A stretch of 64,000 bases of DNA from Phoronis australis. Taxonomy: Eukaryota; Animalia; Phoronida. The notes under the pieces were generated by a model. The model was not told where the DNA came from, did no database searches, and saw only the letters and a list, made by a program, of their open reading frames with translations. The stretch covers positions 1,649,290 to 1,713,289 of the forward strand of contig NMRA01000018.1 of NCBI GenBank assembly GCA_002633005.1. The letters run 5' to 3'. The position numbers and the translations under genes were made by a program. Below are positions 52,381-64,000 of this stretch, in pieces. Positions within the stretch are counted from its first letter, which is position 1. The number at the start of each line of letters is the position of its first letter.

Positions 52381-55300
52381 ATGGACATTTTAGATAACGA
52401 GTCGAGTGAAGACCTCGACATTTCACATGATTCAAAGACAAGCCATCATAAAGGAAGCGAAGAGGAAGTAAAGCAAAAGGAACGAAGGGACTCCGGAGGG
52501 GGCAGCGTTAGTTGCCCTGCTCCCGGACACAGGTTTGTTCGGTCAGTCAGCGCGAACGACAAACCTTCAAGTAAGTTCTCATCCGATTCTCTGGAAGAGT
52601 TGAGCGACAAAGATGTGGTCGAGGAGAGAGCGTTGGATGCAAACGTCATCAAAGCGTTTACTATTCCGAAAAAGAAGAAGACTAATAAAGGTTAGCCAAT
52701 AATACGCCATCTTAATAAGTCACGCACACAAACGCACATCTTAATTAAGTTAGCCTTCATTGAACGCACTACGCTACCCTGTCAATGTGTTATAGTTGAA
52801 GGCTGGTTTGGAAGTTCTCACCTAGTTCTCTGACACAAAATAATGTTCTGCAACCTTTGACAACCCTCTAAAGTTTGGAAGAAAATTTAAAAACACCTTT
52901 CAAAGTCTGCTAAACGGACAAGCGTGACCTACGCTTTTCGAGTTGCATGACAACTTCGGTGAAAGAGTCCGCCCTCCAAGAACTGTAATATTCAACATGT
53001 GACGGGCATAATTTTTTTAGTTCAATCGAGGTTTTGTGACTCACGTGGGATGCCAATGATGCATTAAGAGATGACAGAACAAGGATTGGTCAATGAATAA
53101 CCAAAATAGGGTTTAGTATCCTTTTAAATTGAGAGCTGAAGATGCATTGAAAAATTTTGCACAGGTGCAGTGTAATGGACATAAATCATAAATCCCCAGT
53201 TTTTGCTAAATGGCTGACGGGGACCAGTTTTACTGCATAATGACAATGTTATTCAGTTGGAACTGGTTCCCAGCAGCTGTGTTTTGAAGATAGACCCGCT
53301 TACTTACTACTCCACTTTTACCTGTGTGTTGTACCAACCAACAGTTAGCTATGAGAGCCGGAAATAACTTTTGAGTGAAATACTGAAAACCAGAGAATTT
53401 AACACCATGACGCATATTTAGTCGCCCTAGCTTGTATTCTCTTGATCATGAACTCCTCTTTTTCTATTAGTATTTCAAAAAAAATATTGTAATAGTAGAA
53501 GTTAATGTGGATTTCTATCGATTTATATCAAAGTCAAAAATTGAGTTTGTTATGAAACTCAAAGATTTAAGAAAAGGCAGTCATTCTCTTACTGAATACT
53601 ACATTTTCCATTGTATAGTGGATTGATGAATCCAGTATTTTGAGACTTTATCAGATATATTGCGACTATTTCTTTACAGACCAGTCTTTTACTGCAAAAC
53701 ACAGCGGGTGGGATTGTCAAGTCAGCCTAATTTCTTTGTAACCTGCCAGCAGGTGAACACAGAGATTTTGGTTAAAGTGGCATCTGATACATAAAAATAT
53801 GTCATTTTCAGATTTCTTTGAAGACGTGTCTCTTACATCTAGAGAGTTCACTCAAGACATCCAAGGAATATTGTCAAGAACCTACAAAGACCCGGCCACG
53901 GATTCTCGGTTTAAATATACAAAAGCCCAAATGATACACAATTCTACCATTGAAAATGCCGTAAGTCATTCAAAGTGCTGTTCTTAATTAGTCATACATT
54001 TACACACAGTGGCGTATTGACTTGCGATTAATGCTGACAAAGAAACCTACCTCCTCAAAAAACTAACTTGAATCAGACCAATTACTGTTATAAACCTGGG
54101 GTGTGCTGTGGAGGCGCATGACACTCGCAAGAAACCATGAAGTGACCACATGTTTTGTTACATCTCTTGAAGACTTGTGTGAGCTTGGTTTCCACGAGTT
54201 TCTTGCGTCTACGGAACACAACCTCGCAGTCCATTTCATGGAAGTGACGAAGACATAAGCCAGAAATTTTTCCTCACTTCACAGATACCAAATCAAGGTT
54301 TATCCAAGTAGTAGCACATCAGAGGCTAGAAATAGTTCATAGGATTTGTCTCTGTAACAAGCAGTTAATTATAAATGTCTTAATGTTTAGAGACTTTGCT
54401 CAAGCGAGATTATTTTTGAGATAATAGCTATGTGGGGTGTTAAACCACATTTCTGTCTCAAGTCTCGTGTCACTTTTTATGAAACATGCGAGTGTTCTCT
54501 ATTAATTTCTCACTCACATTATGATTGATTCCTGGGTAATAATTGTTTGGGTAATAATACTGCTCATTATTGCTTGAGGCCGTGTTGGGCTCATGAAGTG
54601 AAGTCATTGCAATATTAGCACATGAAGTGAAGTCATTGCAATATTAGCACATGAAGTGAAGTCATTGCAATATTAGCACATGAAGTGAAGTCATTGCAAT
54701 ATTAGCACATGAAGTGAAGTCATTGCAATATTAGCACATGAAGTGAAGTCATTGCAATATTGGCACATGAAGTGAACTGGCGTGATAAGAAAATTTTGAG
54801 TTTTGTCATTAACAATTTTACGCGTTTCTGTGTTGATTATCAGACTTTTATTGTAAGATTAATTCCTGTTTACTATTTATATAATGAAGTATTTAGAGAA
54901 GAGGAAAACACTACGCAGCAATGGATACTCTGAAAAGGAAACCACTGAAAGTTATGGCTTCCTATATATGCCTGAAATGCACAAGGTATGTACAAGTTCT
55001 GTGTTAACTGTTTGTTTTGAAAAAAATATTAAATGATGACTATTTACTTAAATGAGTAGAAACTAAACATGTATTGATGGTTCTGGTTTCACCTCAATCC
55101 CATACAAGAAAACAGTTAATAATTTTCTTTTTGTTTCCTGTCTCCTTTTCACTTTTGTCTGACTTGTCTTTAATTCCAATATTTGATGGCTCCGTAGTGT
55201 TCACTGTTTAGGCATATGGTTTCCGAGTGACTGTTCTGGGTTAAGAATTGAAACATCCCGACTCTCTATATTGTGTTGTAAACTTGATGTAGTTCGGTTA

Positions 55301-58300
55301 AGTGCTTTGGAATTGCTTTCCTGTAACTATGTGGTGTTTTTTGACCTTNAAGTCTTGTAGTTTAAATAAAAAAAAATGTCATAGTGCAGATTGCAGAACA
55401 AAATTCGGTTAACAGCTGATGTCACTAGAGTTTTGAAAACTAATGGTACATTAGAAAAACCATGAAAAATGGAACTTCGTACAATTATAACATTGGTAAA
55501 TGTGTATTTGTGTATTGTAGTTGTTAGTTTGTTACAATAAATGTTTTATATTGTTCATAATTATTTCCTTGACAGACTTCCATTAAGAAGACAATTTATT
55601 CATATCATTAGATGGATTTGATGTATTCTGTGCAAACGGGTGTTAATGGCACACTTTGTCTATGCATGTATACTGTCAACCTATTCCCTCCATTTCACAG
55701 GGATTTCTAGTCACCCTTCAGCAGCACCGACTGGTTGTCATGGCAACAGGAGAACTGAGCAAAAGGTTAGGCCTTCCTGGTGATAAAGAGCTGGCGCTGC
55801 ATTGTATTTTTATATCTCGCTCGCCCAAGTCTGGTCAGTTGCGCAATGGTAGGTGATACATTCTGTAATGTTTGGTTCTCTGAGCAGCCTTTTGTTACTA
55901 GATGAATTTGTAAATTGCTGTGCATGCCACCCTTTGGCCCTTTCGAATGTCAACATTATTGTGTAAAAGAAGCAGTCGACTCGTAGGCTGCACAGTGCAT
56001 CATCTCAAGTCCTGAACTGAGATTGCAACTCATGCAATGATTAAATGTTACTAGTTCATTGGACCTTAATACACCAAGAGACCCACGCCATTGATTTACA
56101 TGTTTACAGAGTTCATAATCTATTCCTACTAGGAGTCGTGCAATGCGCATTACGTGGAAGGGGGAGGTAAATTTCTTTTTTTTTCCTAATGGGAAGGACC
56201 CTCTCCCTCCTAGGAAAACATGAAAAATAAATAAAAAATAGTGGTTTTCCTTGCATTTTAGTACTGTGTTTGCATGTTTTGAAGAAGTTGCAGCATTTTG
56301 ATTTCTCACTTAACGTTGGGATTGCATGAAATGAATCAAATTTTGACTAGATAGGTTTATTTTGTACAAATCGACTGCAGCTGTTTGCGATGTAGTTTGA
56401 TTGGGCTTTAGCTGGTGGATTACGAACAGCACTTTGGAATAAATTTTTCTAATTTCTGCTGCAAGTATTTTGTACGTAGGAGATGTGATAACTTGTAGTC
56501 TCTTGACAAATTCCGTTTGTAATGTGTAACATCTTGGTGGCAGTGCATCCAGGAATCATTAAATTGTTACTGAGTTATTAGTATTTTCAGCAGTTAATAA
56601 TAAAAAAAAGTGAGCGAAGTGAATCCTTGTTCGCTGGCATTCGTGGCAGACGTTGTAGTAGCCTAGTGATTGAGACTTTAATAGCATTTTGTATTTGTTT
56701 GCCGTTTGAGCGCACAAGTGCTCATTTTGGAGGACTGCAACAAAAATGGTTACCAGGACTGAAAATGATTGTATTGTTCATTTTTTCATTGCGGGAATTT
56801 AAGGTTATGTAGGACCAGAGAAAAATAACTTTGTCCAACTTTGAACACATCTCAGAATGGATTATTGGATTCAAATGGAACCTGCAAATACTATGTTTTA
56901 TGGTCCATCTTTGCATCAGGAGTTATCAAAAAGAGAACTTTTATGATTTTCATTAAAAGTCTATAGTTATGTAAAAAGAAATGATAATCTAGCAAACTCT
57001 AAAAGCATTTTCAACAAGTCATTTTGAAAATTTATATCAAATCCAAAAAACACAGAGGTCCAACATAACCTTAATAGTCCAACTGTTATATGCAATTCAT
57101 GAGAACTTTGTCATTTTAGCTGACACAGTGGAACCGCGTCACAAAAATGATGAAAAGTTTGATGATTTCAGTAAGTATTACCATGACAGTATATTGAAGC
57201 CCTGGAACTAGTAAAACCTTGGGTGTTCAAAAATGTTGTACATGATGATAGTTTGGTAGACTTGCATCATTTTCCGCAACTTTCAAGCCACTAGGCTGAT
57301 TGAATATAATTATCTTTTCTGTGCCTGCAATATCCCAACTGCAATCCTTATAGTGCTTAAAATCACCAGTTATCAAAAACACCAAAAACCAACACCACCT
57401 GTTGTCAGCTGTCACATCAGAGCCCCCCCTCCCTGAACACTGTCGGCCGATATGTTGATTATGTGATGCAGTGCTCTAAAAGAAGGTTTAATGATGCTGA
57501 CAACATAGTCACTCGTCAAAACAATGTAAATGGTGGTTTTAAGCCCTTTAAAGCATCAACATTGTATAATTGTCTCGCATACTAGTCCCAGTCTTCACAA
57601 ATTCTACAGTTTTGTCAAAGGAGTCATTGTGGGTTGGACCCGTTTATAGTCAATGTATTAAACATAATCATGATTTTATGTTTTCTTTGGATTAAAATTT
57701 GTTACAAATTTCCTGATTGTCTTTTGTGGTTCCACTTAGGTTTCACTCCTCCAGGCCTTGGTGAAACACCATTCACGATGCAGAAGCGCCCTCTGTTGTC
57801 CATCTCGAAAGTGTTTGGCATACAAGACTATGTTCACGTGAAGGAAAGTATGTGTGATTCTGTAACTAACACGTTAATTTCACGTACTTAAGACTGGAAG
57901 AAACAGATCGTCTTGAGCCGCACGACTCTGTCCTCTGTGCAGAGCCCTTCCAAGCGGCACTCACAATAAAAGTAAAAACTCACACAAAGAAGCCTTACCA
58001 TGAAAGATGAATTACAACCACACTCGGGGCACCTTTGCCTCGAACAAATAGTGCAGTTTGTTAATTGGTCACCAGAGGCCACTGTTGTGTAGTCTGGAAT
58101 GTTGTTTGTTTTGACATGAGTAATTCAAAGACTTTGATATTCGGACTTTATTATTATTATTGTTGTTGTTATTGTTATTATTATTGTTATTATGATGCAT
58201 TTAATTGGGTCATATGACCGTGTCTTTTTAGAAAAAAAATTGCAAAAAAGATAGGTGCACCCATAGATGAAATTTCAAGTGCTGTTACAGTTTTGTAAAT

Positions 58301-61300
58301 CATTTGGCTTTTTTTATTTTGTAAAAACTCCAAAAGTGTTTTATATCCCCCTGTGCAAAAGTGGAACATTTTAGAAACAGTAATTCAAACAGGGTTTTGA
58401 AAAACTGCATTAAACATTGTCCTGAAAGTTTTATTTGAGACTGATCATTTTTGGGATATGATGTTCCAAAGTTTTTCAAATTTGGACATTTTTCTAGGGT
58501 CGGGCTTAACCGTAGAAGTAGCCCGTTTCTTTGTGTGCATTGGATGTTCAGGGGTTTTTTTTGTGGTATTCTGTAACTTCACTTTTTTCAAAGTGATAAC
58601 GCAAATTCTGAGATGAATGAACTATTTCCAGGTCCGCATGGTGACATTGACCTCAGGGACTGTGACTTTGAACTGGAAACGGGTACAGCAGGACTTGTTG
58701 ACAGGGGAGAAACTTTTTGTAGTGAGACTGTTGAATCTTCCTCTGCCAGTGACTCCCTCTCATTTCATGGCCCTCCCAAACTGACAAGAACTGTACTCGA
58801 AGATCCATACGACACTGGCTACATATCTTACTTGCCGGACAACTCCTTCGTCTCTACTGAGCGTGCTCAAGAAATGATTCTTGCCCAAAGTGCAATGCAG
58901 AAAAAACGCAACATCGCTATAGCCAAAGGTACTTACACAAAATCGTCTCGTCCCGAGCCCCCTAGCTCAGAGCTGTGTAATGAATCGTCACCGTCTGTGG
59001 GAAACGACCAGTCTGCTAACAATGCATTGAGTGTTGTCTCTCTCTCTCTAGACACCATAGATTATAGCTTAATTAAACCCATTCTGGCCAGAGTGTCAGC
59101 AGATGGGTACAGAACAAGTCCTGTCCTTAGCCCCTCCTCCACTGTCAGTCAAGCGAGTAATCTGGCAGGATACAATGGAGGTTATGACTGTGAAGACAGA
59201 GACACCTCCAACAGTAACACCTACCTTAATGACGATTGGTTACCAGCTAAAAGTGGGCGTAATCGAACATCCTGCTCCAGTGACTATAGATTGCCTGCCA
59301 ATCACGGAGCTTGTGACGGCGACATTGCATCACCAACTGATTACAGTCGTGATATTGATGAGAGGTTACCAGTTCATTTCACAAGTCGTGATGTTGATGA
59401 GAGATTACCAGTCATTTACACAAACTATAAAAGTAGTCACACGGTGGCAGCCAGAGACGCGGCTTACGACGTCGACGATAGGTCACTGGGAAAAAGCGTT
59501 TCATACGATAGTGACGACCCAGTTCCCATAAAACGGCCCCGGCGGACTAGTAGTTACGACTCAGCAACGCGTTACCGTAGCGAGTGTTCCAACCGCCCGT
59601 CCTATGATGACATTTATTCTGAAGAGTCGGATGGTGAACAGCCCCCCCAGTTTGGTGAAGTTGAACCCGTCTTACCGCAGGATTTTCGCACACGCCCCTC
59701 CGATGGAATTACCCAGATTCCCCCCAATCAGAGTCCTTGTACAGCAAGCAGTGGTACACAGACAGCCCTGAAGACGAAAAATCAGGTATTGTCTTGTGAC
59801 TGTGGTAGTTTTTGACACGCTATCTTTTCAATATCGCTAGCGCTTGCATTGGCAGGATTCATCACGAATTCTTTATAGATATGAACTAAGAGACAAATGT
59901 ACAAGTATGTAATGCCATGTGTGTGTTTAGTGTAAGGTGTGTGTGCCTCCTGGTGAGTGGAGTAAAAAACTTGTTGAGCTCAGTCATGAGTTTATATTGT
60001 TCTTTTCAATTTTGCATACTATATTTTGCCACAATGGTAATATTGTTAAAGAGTTTATTTGTTGTGGACCAAGTATGCCACCAGGCTAAGTTAACTTACT
60101 CTGATGACACGGTCCAACCTTGTAGACCAAGTTAACTTACTCTGATTACACGGTCGAACCTGGTGGACCAAGTTAGTAAATACTCTGATTACACGGTCCA
60201 ACTTTGTAGACCAAGTTAACTTACTGTGATTACACGGTCGAACCTGGTGGACCAAGTTAGTAAATACTCTGATTACACGGTGCAGACTGGTAGACCAAGT
60301 TTAACTTACTCTGATTACACGCTCCAACCTGGTAGACCAAGTTTACTTAGTCTGATTACAAGGTCCAGCTTTGTGGACCAAGTGAACTCCTACATCTGAG
60401 CTGCAATCTACCGTTGAATCCTGAATATTTGCCAGGGTTTTACAGTGACCAGGTTTGCCAAGTGTGACTCTCCAAGAGTCGTTTTAGTGCCCTGTTTGGC
60501 TTCCAAAGAACTTGTCATTAAGCCTTTTAGACGTAAAAAATGAAATTGATTTAGGGAACATCATATTTGGCAGACCTGGTCACTTAAAAACAGTGGAAAA
60601 TAATCAAATTTCAACGATAGACTGCTGTTCGAGCTAGGGAATTCTTTTGGTCCATGAGGTTGAACTGTGTAAGCAGATCATGTTATACTGGTCTGGTGGC
60701 TCACTTGGTTAGTCTGCAACATTTTTTATTGGAGACAAGGGCAGTTTAATTTGTAATCGTGAGATTCCATGAAATTACTTCTGAATCCTCCTTTGTTTCA
60801 AAATCCTAGGCATATCATTATGACATTCAAGTAAATTTGCTGAGTCTGAAATTTTGAATTTTGTCTGTAATTATGATGAACGCCGGATCACTGAATACCC
60901 ATCTATAATAATGGTCATCTGTCTTAACCAAAGTGAAACATGTGACTTTTAAGTTTTTATTGCTTATTGGTAATAACTTAACTAATTGGCCAATGCTGTT
61001 CTCAGTCCAGAGCAATCGAAGCTATAATATGAGAGACGTGGATTTCGACTTTTCTGTTACAGAAGGGTACCAGTGGTCGCAGGGTACGCATTACCACAGC
61101 TACTGCTGAACAAGGTCCGAGTGCAGAGCAGACCCATGTATCTGCCAGCATTGTAACCAGCACCAATACGGAGGGGCGTGATGAAAATACGGTGCATAAA
61201 GCCAGCAATAATAGACCGACGTTTAAGCTGGAATCTCGCGACACTAAGAAGTCTTCCAAAGTAGATAAGAAACCACTGCAGAGAACTTTAAAGTTGTTTG

Positions 61301-64000
61301 ATTTAGGATCTGTACTAGATTCGTGTATACCAAAGAAGATAAAGAAGAAAAAGAAGAAGTCGTCTTCTAAAGAAGAAGTATCAAGGGGAGTGAAAGTTAA
61401 GGATCAACCTGCGTCACTTGAGAGTATGAAGAGAGGAAAGGATAAGAAAAAGAAGGGCTCTTTGAAACACACTCTTCAAGTTAAACGGCATACAGAGTCA
61501 ACGTTGAGACGGTATGTATTGGAGAGTTTTTAATTCTTCTTAGAACCCATTGGTAGGTACTCAAAAAATTATGGGTCATTTCTGAACTTACTTGAGATGA
61601 AAGAGCAACGTTTCTCCAGCGTCTACTGGCTTATTCAAATCTGTGCTACCTCTGGTGGATTCGGTCTGTGTTGAGAAAATTGGCGGGAAACTCCGACTGA
61701 ATCCACCAGAGGTCGCATAGGCTTGAAAAAGCAAGCAGATGTTGGCGGAGCGTTATCCGTAATTTTTACTTAGTCGCCATCGGAATGATTGGGGGATGTT
61801 GTGGCATCTGCCCCTTGTGTAGTTACAGATGTCCTGTTTATTCAGATGACCCAGGCATCTTTTCATTTTTGAATGTTGCCAGCTGTGCGTCATTTCTGAA
61901 TGCCAGAGGGCTTTTATACCTCCAGGTGGCATTTGGCAAGTTGACATTACTGGCATGCTAGCATGGAGCCCTGTCAGCTTGGCATATTTATTGATTTGAA
62001 GAAGTCCGTACATGTAACTGCTAAAATCATTCTGTTGGTATAATTGTATACAAACAATTTGCCTTTCTTTTTGCTTTAGGAAACACAAATCGGAGACTCG
62101 ATCAAAGAATCCATTATCAAAGGTCAAATCATGGCTGGACTCCAACCGCACAAAGCCAAGTGTTTGTAAGTTTCATTAGTTTTTTCCTGTCTATGATGCT
62201 GATATTAACTAATTGCAAGCATTATGATGACTTATAAGCAGTGTTCGAACTTCAGCAAATAAATGTGCTGGCCTGCCAGGCCAGTTAGTCTGAAAATTTA
62301 CTGGCCCAGATGCCAAGTTAACTTTTAAAGTTACTGGTGCGGCCGCAAATCCACTGGCCCCTGGACACCGGGCCAGTGTCTACTTCGAACCCTGTTTATA
62401 AGTGCAAGTTTCATATTCACCTCTTTGGATGATCAAAGCATTTGGCGAGCTCGTTTTCATTTGACGACCATGTTGTGTGAGTTTGAGATTGCAGTGAAGA
62501 GTGTTACAGTAGTTCTCAATGTTCCCATTTTGAGACCTCTTACAAGCATTGTGTTGTCATGTTATGTGTTGTCATGAGTAACATGACACAATCAACAATT
62601 GAGTATGGCTTTTCAAAATTTGAACATGGTAGTGAAAATTGAACGGAAGGTTCCAAACTTTACTTGATGTCACCCAACGCTTTTCAGACATTTCTATCAT
62701 ATGATGCACACCCTTGTGGCAGTTTTATTACTAATAGTTTGATGTCGAGTTTTTACCGTCTACCAGTGTGTCATTCAATTGGTTCGAAGGATCGTCATGA
62801 AATTTTACGGAAGTGATCATATTGATGAAAATATGGTGCACATTGGGTTTTTGGATGGACCCTCATACGGCTATGCACCTCCCTCGATATCTTTCAGTTT
62901 CCGTGAATGATCGTCATCGAATTTGAAGGATGCATTCCTATATCGAGAGCAAAGCTTACCTTGATTATTGGACAAATCCAAATACCACTATGCCTTCTGG
63001 TGGATATATTACCAGCATAGCTAACGTTGATTTTCTGATAGACCCGAAAAGTGCAATGGCCCTTGTGGCAGTTTTATTTTTTGCCAAGTTTTCTGAAGGG
63101 TCGTCATTAAATTTGATGGACAATTTTCCATTGATGAAAGTGGTGCTTATTTTATCAGATGGATCGGAATGCCACAGTGCCCCAAGTTTTTATTTCTTAG
63201 GTGTGCTTCGATATATACAAAGCTCTTTAAAATCTTATACTGGACCTTGGTTAGTGTTTGTTCTTACGAAGGCAGGGCTTACGTTGACCTTGGACGAATA
63301 TGACCACTACTGTGCCCTCTGGTGGTCATTTTAGCTTTCTTTGCGGTAGTCATCTACCAGGAGTGTGTTAGCTAATTTTCGTATAACTATAACTAGACTT
63401 TGTAGCTCTGGCTAAGTAAATAATAGTGAACTATTTTGAAAGTTGTGCTCAATAAGTAAGGCTAGATCCGTGTATCTTTCCAGCTCATACTTCGATAACT
63501 CAAGTCATGCCTGACTTGACCTGTGACCTGACCTCGTTTAAAATTCCTAAGAAACAGAATATACCGGACGTTGCCACAACTTCTCGTGATGTGCGTTTGC
63601 CGGCTGCTCCCCTAAACATGGATGTGTCTGTGCCCGTCTCTTGCGAGTTCCCGTGTTATGAAGACAGGGCTACGTGCCTGCAGCCCTCAGATCATGACAG
63701 CGTGATATTAAGCTCCGATGGTGAGCCCAGTCGAGGACTCGAGGTCCAATGTTCTGTACAAAGTAATGCAGAGAAATCAGATCTGAATGTAAAATCCAGT
63801 TGTAGCCATTCTCAAAGCGTGCAGGCAGTAGGTGCCTCCGATGGAAGTTCGACTTTCTGTCGCACTGATTGTCAGTATTCACGTGAGCACCGTGTTGATC
63901 ATCATACCTACACAGCAGCCTCCAGTGCTTTCTCCGCTGGCGCATCTGATTGTGGCATCAAGTCACATGACATTACGTCATTCAGCACTCCCAGTGTTAC
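52381..64000 (+). CDS. TASOR: DUF3715 (pseudo-PARP) protein of the TASOR/TEX15 family; 3' end beyond the window, some internal exons apparently missing
   Basis: Phase-consistent exons: 52381-52690, 53812-53960, 54890-54985, 55701-55848, 57120-57170, 57740-57847, 58632-59785, 61063-61511, 62080-62165, 63484->64000. FTIPKK...SREF...IL..TY.D....F.Y.KA.MIHN..IE..YLEKRK.L...G..EKE..ESYGFL aligns by eye with the start of the TASOR DUF3715 domain. LHCIFI (exon 55701) resembles the end of the TASOR SPOC domain. Confidence 0.8.
54592..54776. repeat. 29-bp minisatellite, 6.4 near-perfect copies
   Basis: catgaagtgaagtcattgcaatattagca repeated with no spacers. Confidence 0.97.
56803..57070. mobile_element. 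TTAA-flanked MITE (Kolobok-like termini)
   Basis: TTAA|GGTTATGTAGGACC ... GGTCCAACATAACC|TTAA (13/14 TIR match). Confidence 0.8.
60060..60721. mobile_element. Palindromic element with a 41-44 bp tandem array (~7 copies, 60085-60385) in its left arm
   Basis: Inner arms agtgaccaggtttgccaa / ttggcagacctggtcact. Inverted similarity continues outward to gttgtggaccaag / cttggttagtctgcaac. Unit: ccaagttaacttactctgattacacggtccaacctggtaga. Confidence 0.75.
61607..61754. repeat. ~150 bp imperfect palindrome
   Basis: aacg...acctctggtggattcggtc is mirrored by gactgaatccaccagaggt...cgtt. Confidence 0.75.
62239..62394. mobile_element. hAT-type MITE (156 bp)
   Basis: TIRs cagtgttcgaa / ttcgaaccctg, with an 8-bp flanking duplication cttataag / tttataag (7/8). 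Confidence 0.75.

Noticed and set aside
54592-54776. CRISPR-like array (also 34205-34372, 42990-43364, 60085-60385)
   Set aside because: Head-to-tail repeats without unique spacers, no cas genes, and a eukaryotic intronic context.
55576-55650. Exon after the acceptor-like cttgacag
   Set aside because: Stops in all three frames within ~45 nt.
59103-59531. 142-aa alternative-frame ORF
   Set aside because: Shadow of the large low-complexity TASOR-like exon.
62930-63334. 134-aa ORF
   Set aside because: Intronic, inside a reverse copy of the GCCAAATTTCA repeat family, with no protein motif.

Overview
AT-rich, intron-rich animal DNA from a draft assembly (a 265-N gap at 24879-25143; single Ns at 10999, 28230, 39025 and 55349). 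It is probably an invertebrate deuterostome; this is inferred from a starfish-like sPLA2 and is not proven. Manual splicing gives five protein-coding genes: (1) the last two exons of a very cationic secreted phospholipase A2 (+); (2) a minus-strand single-pass membrane protein missed by the ORF track (CBM14 chitin-binding domain, Ser/Thr stalk, TM helix, tail with YDEI and a PDZ-type end); (3) a divergently oriented, intronless atypical protein kinase next to it; (4) an optineurin/NEMO-family gene with 14 coding exons (-); (5) head-to-head with it, a DUF3715 TASOR/TEX15-family gene (+) that runs off the window. The shared promoter of the last two carries kappaB-, GAS- and IRF-like motifs. The window also holds an intron-containing tRNA-Arg(CCT) and its inverted pseudogene, and a ~3.1 kb duplication that is probably an allelic assembly artefact. 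Repeats include many MITE and fold-back elements, minisatellites, a Penelope fragment near a hammerhead-like motif, and a repeat family carrying arrays of CTCF-like motifs. Family assignments come from remembered motifs, not database searches.
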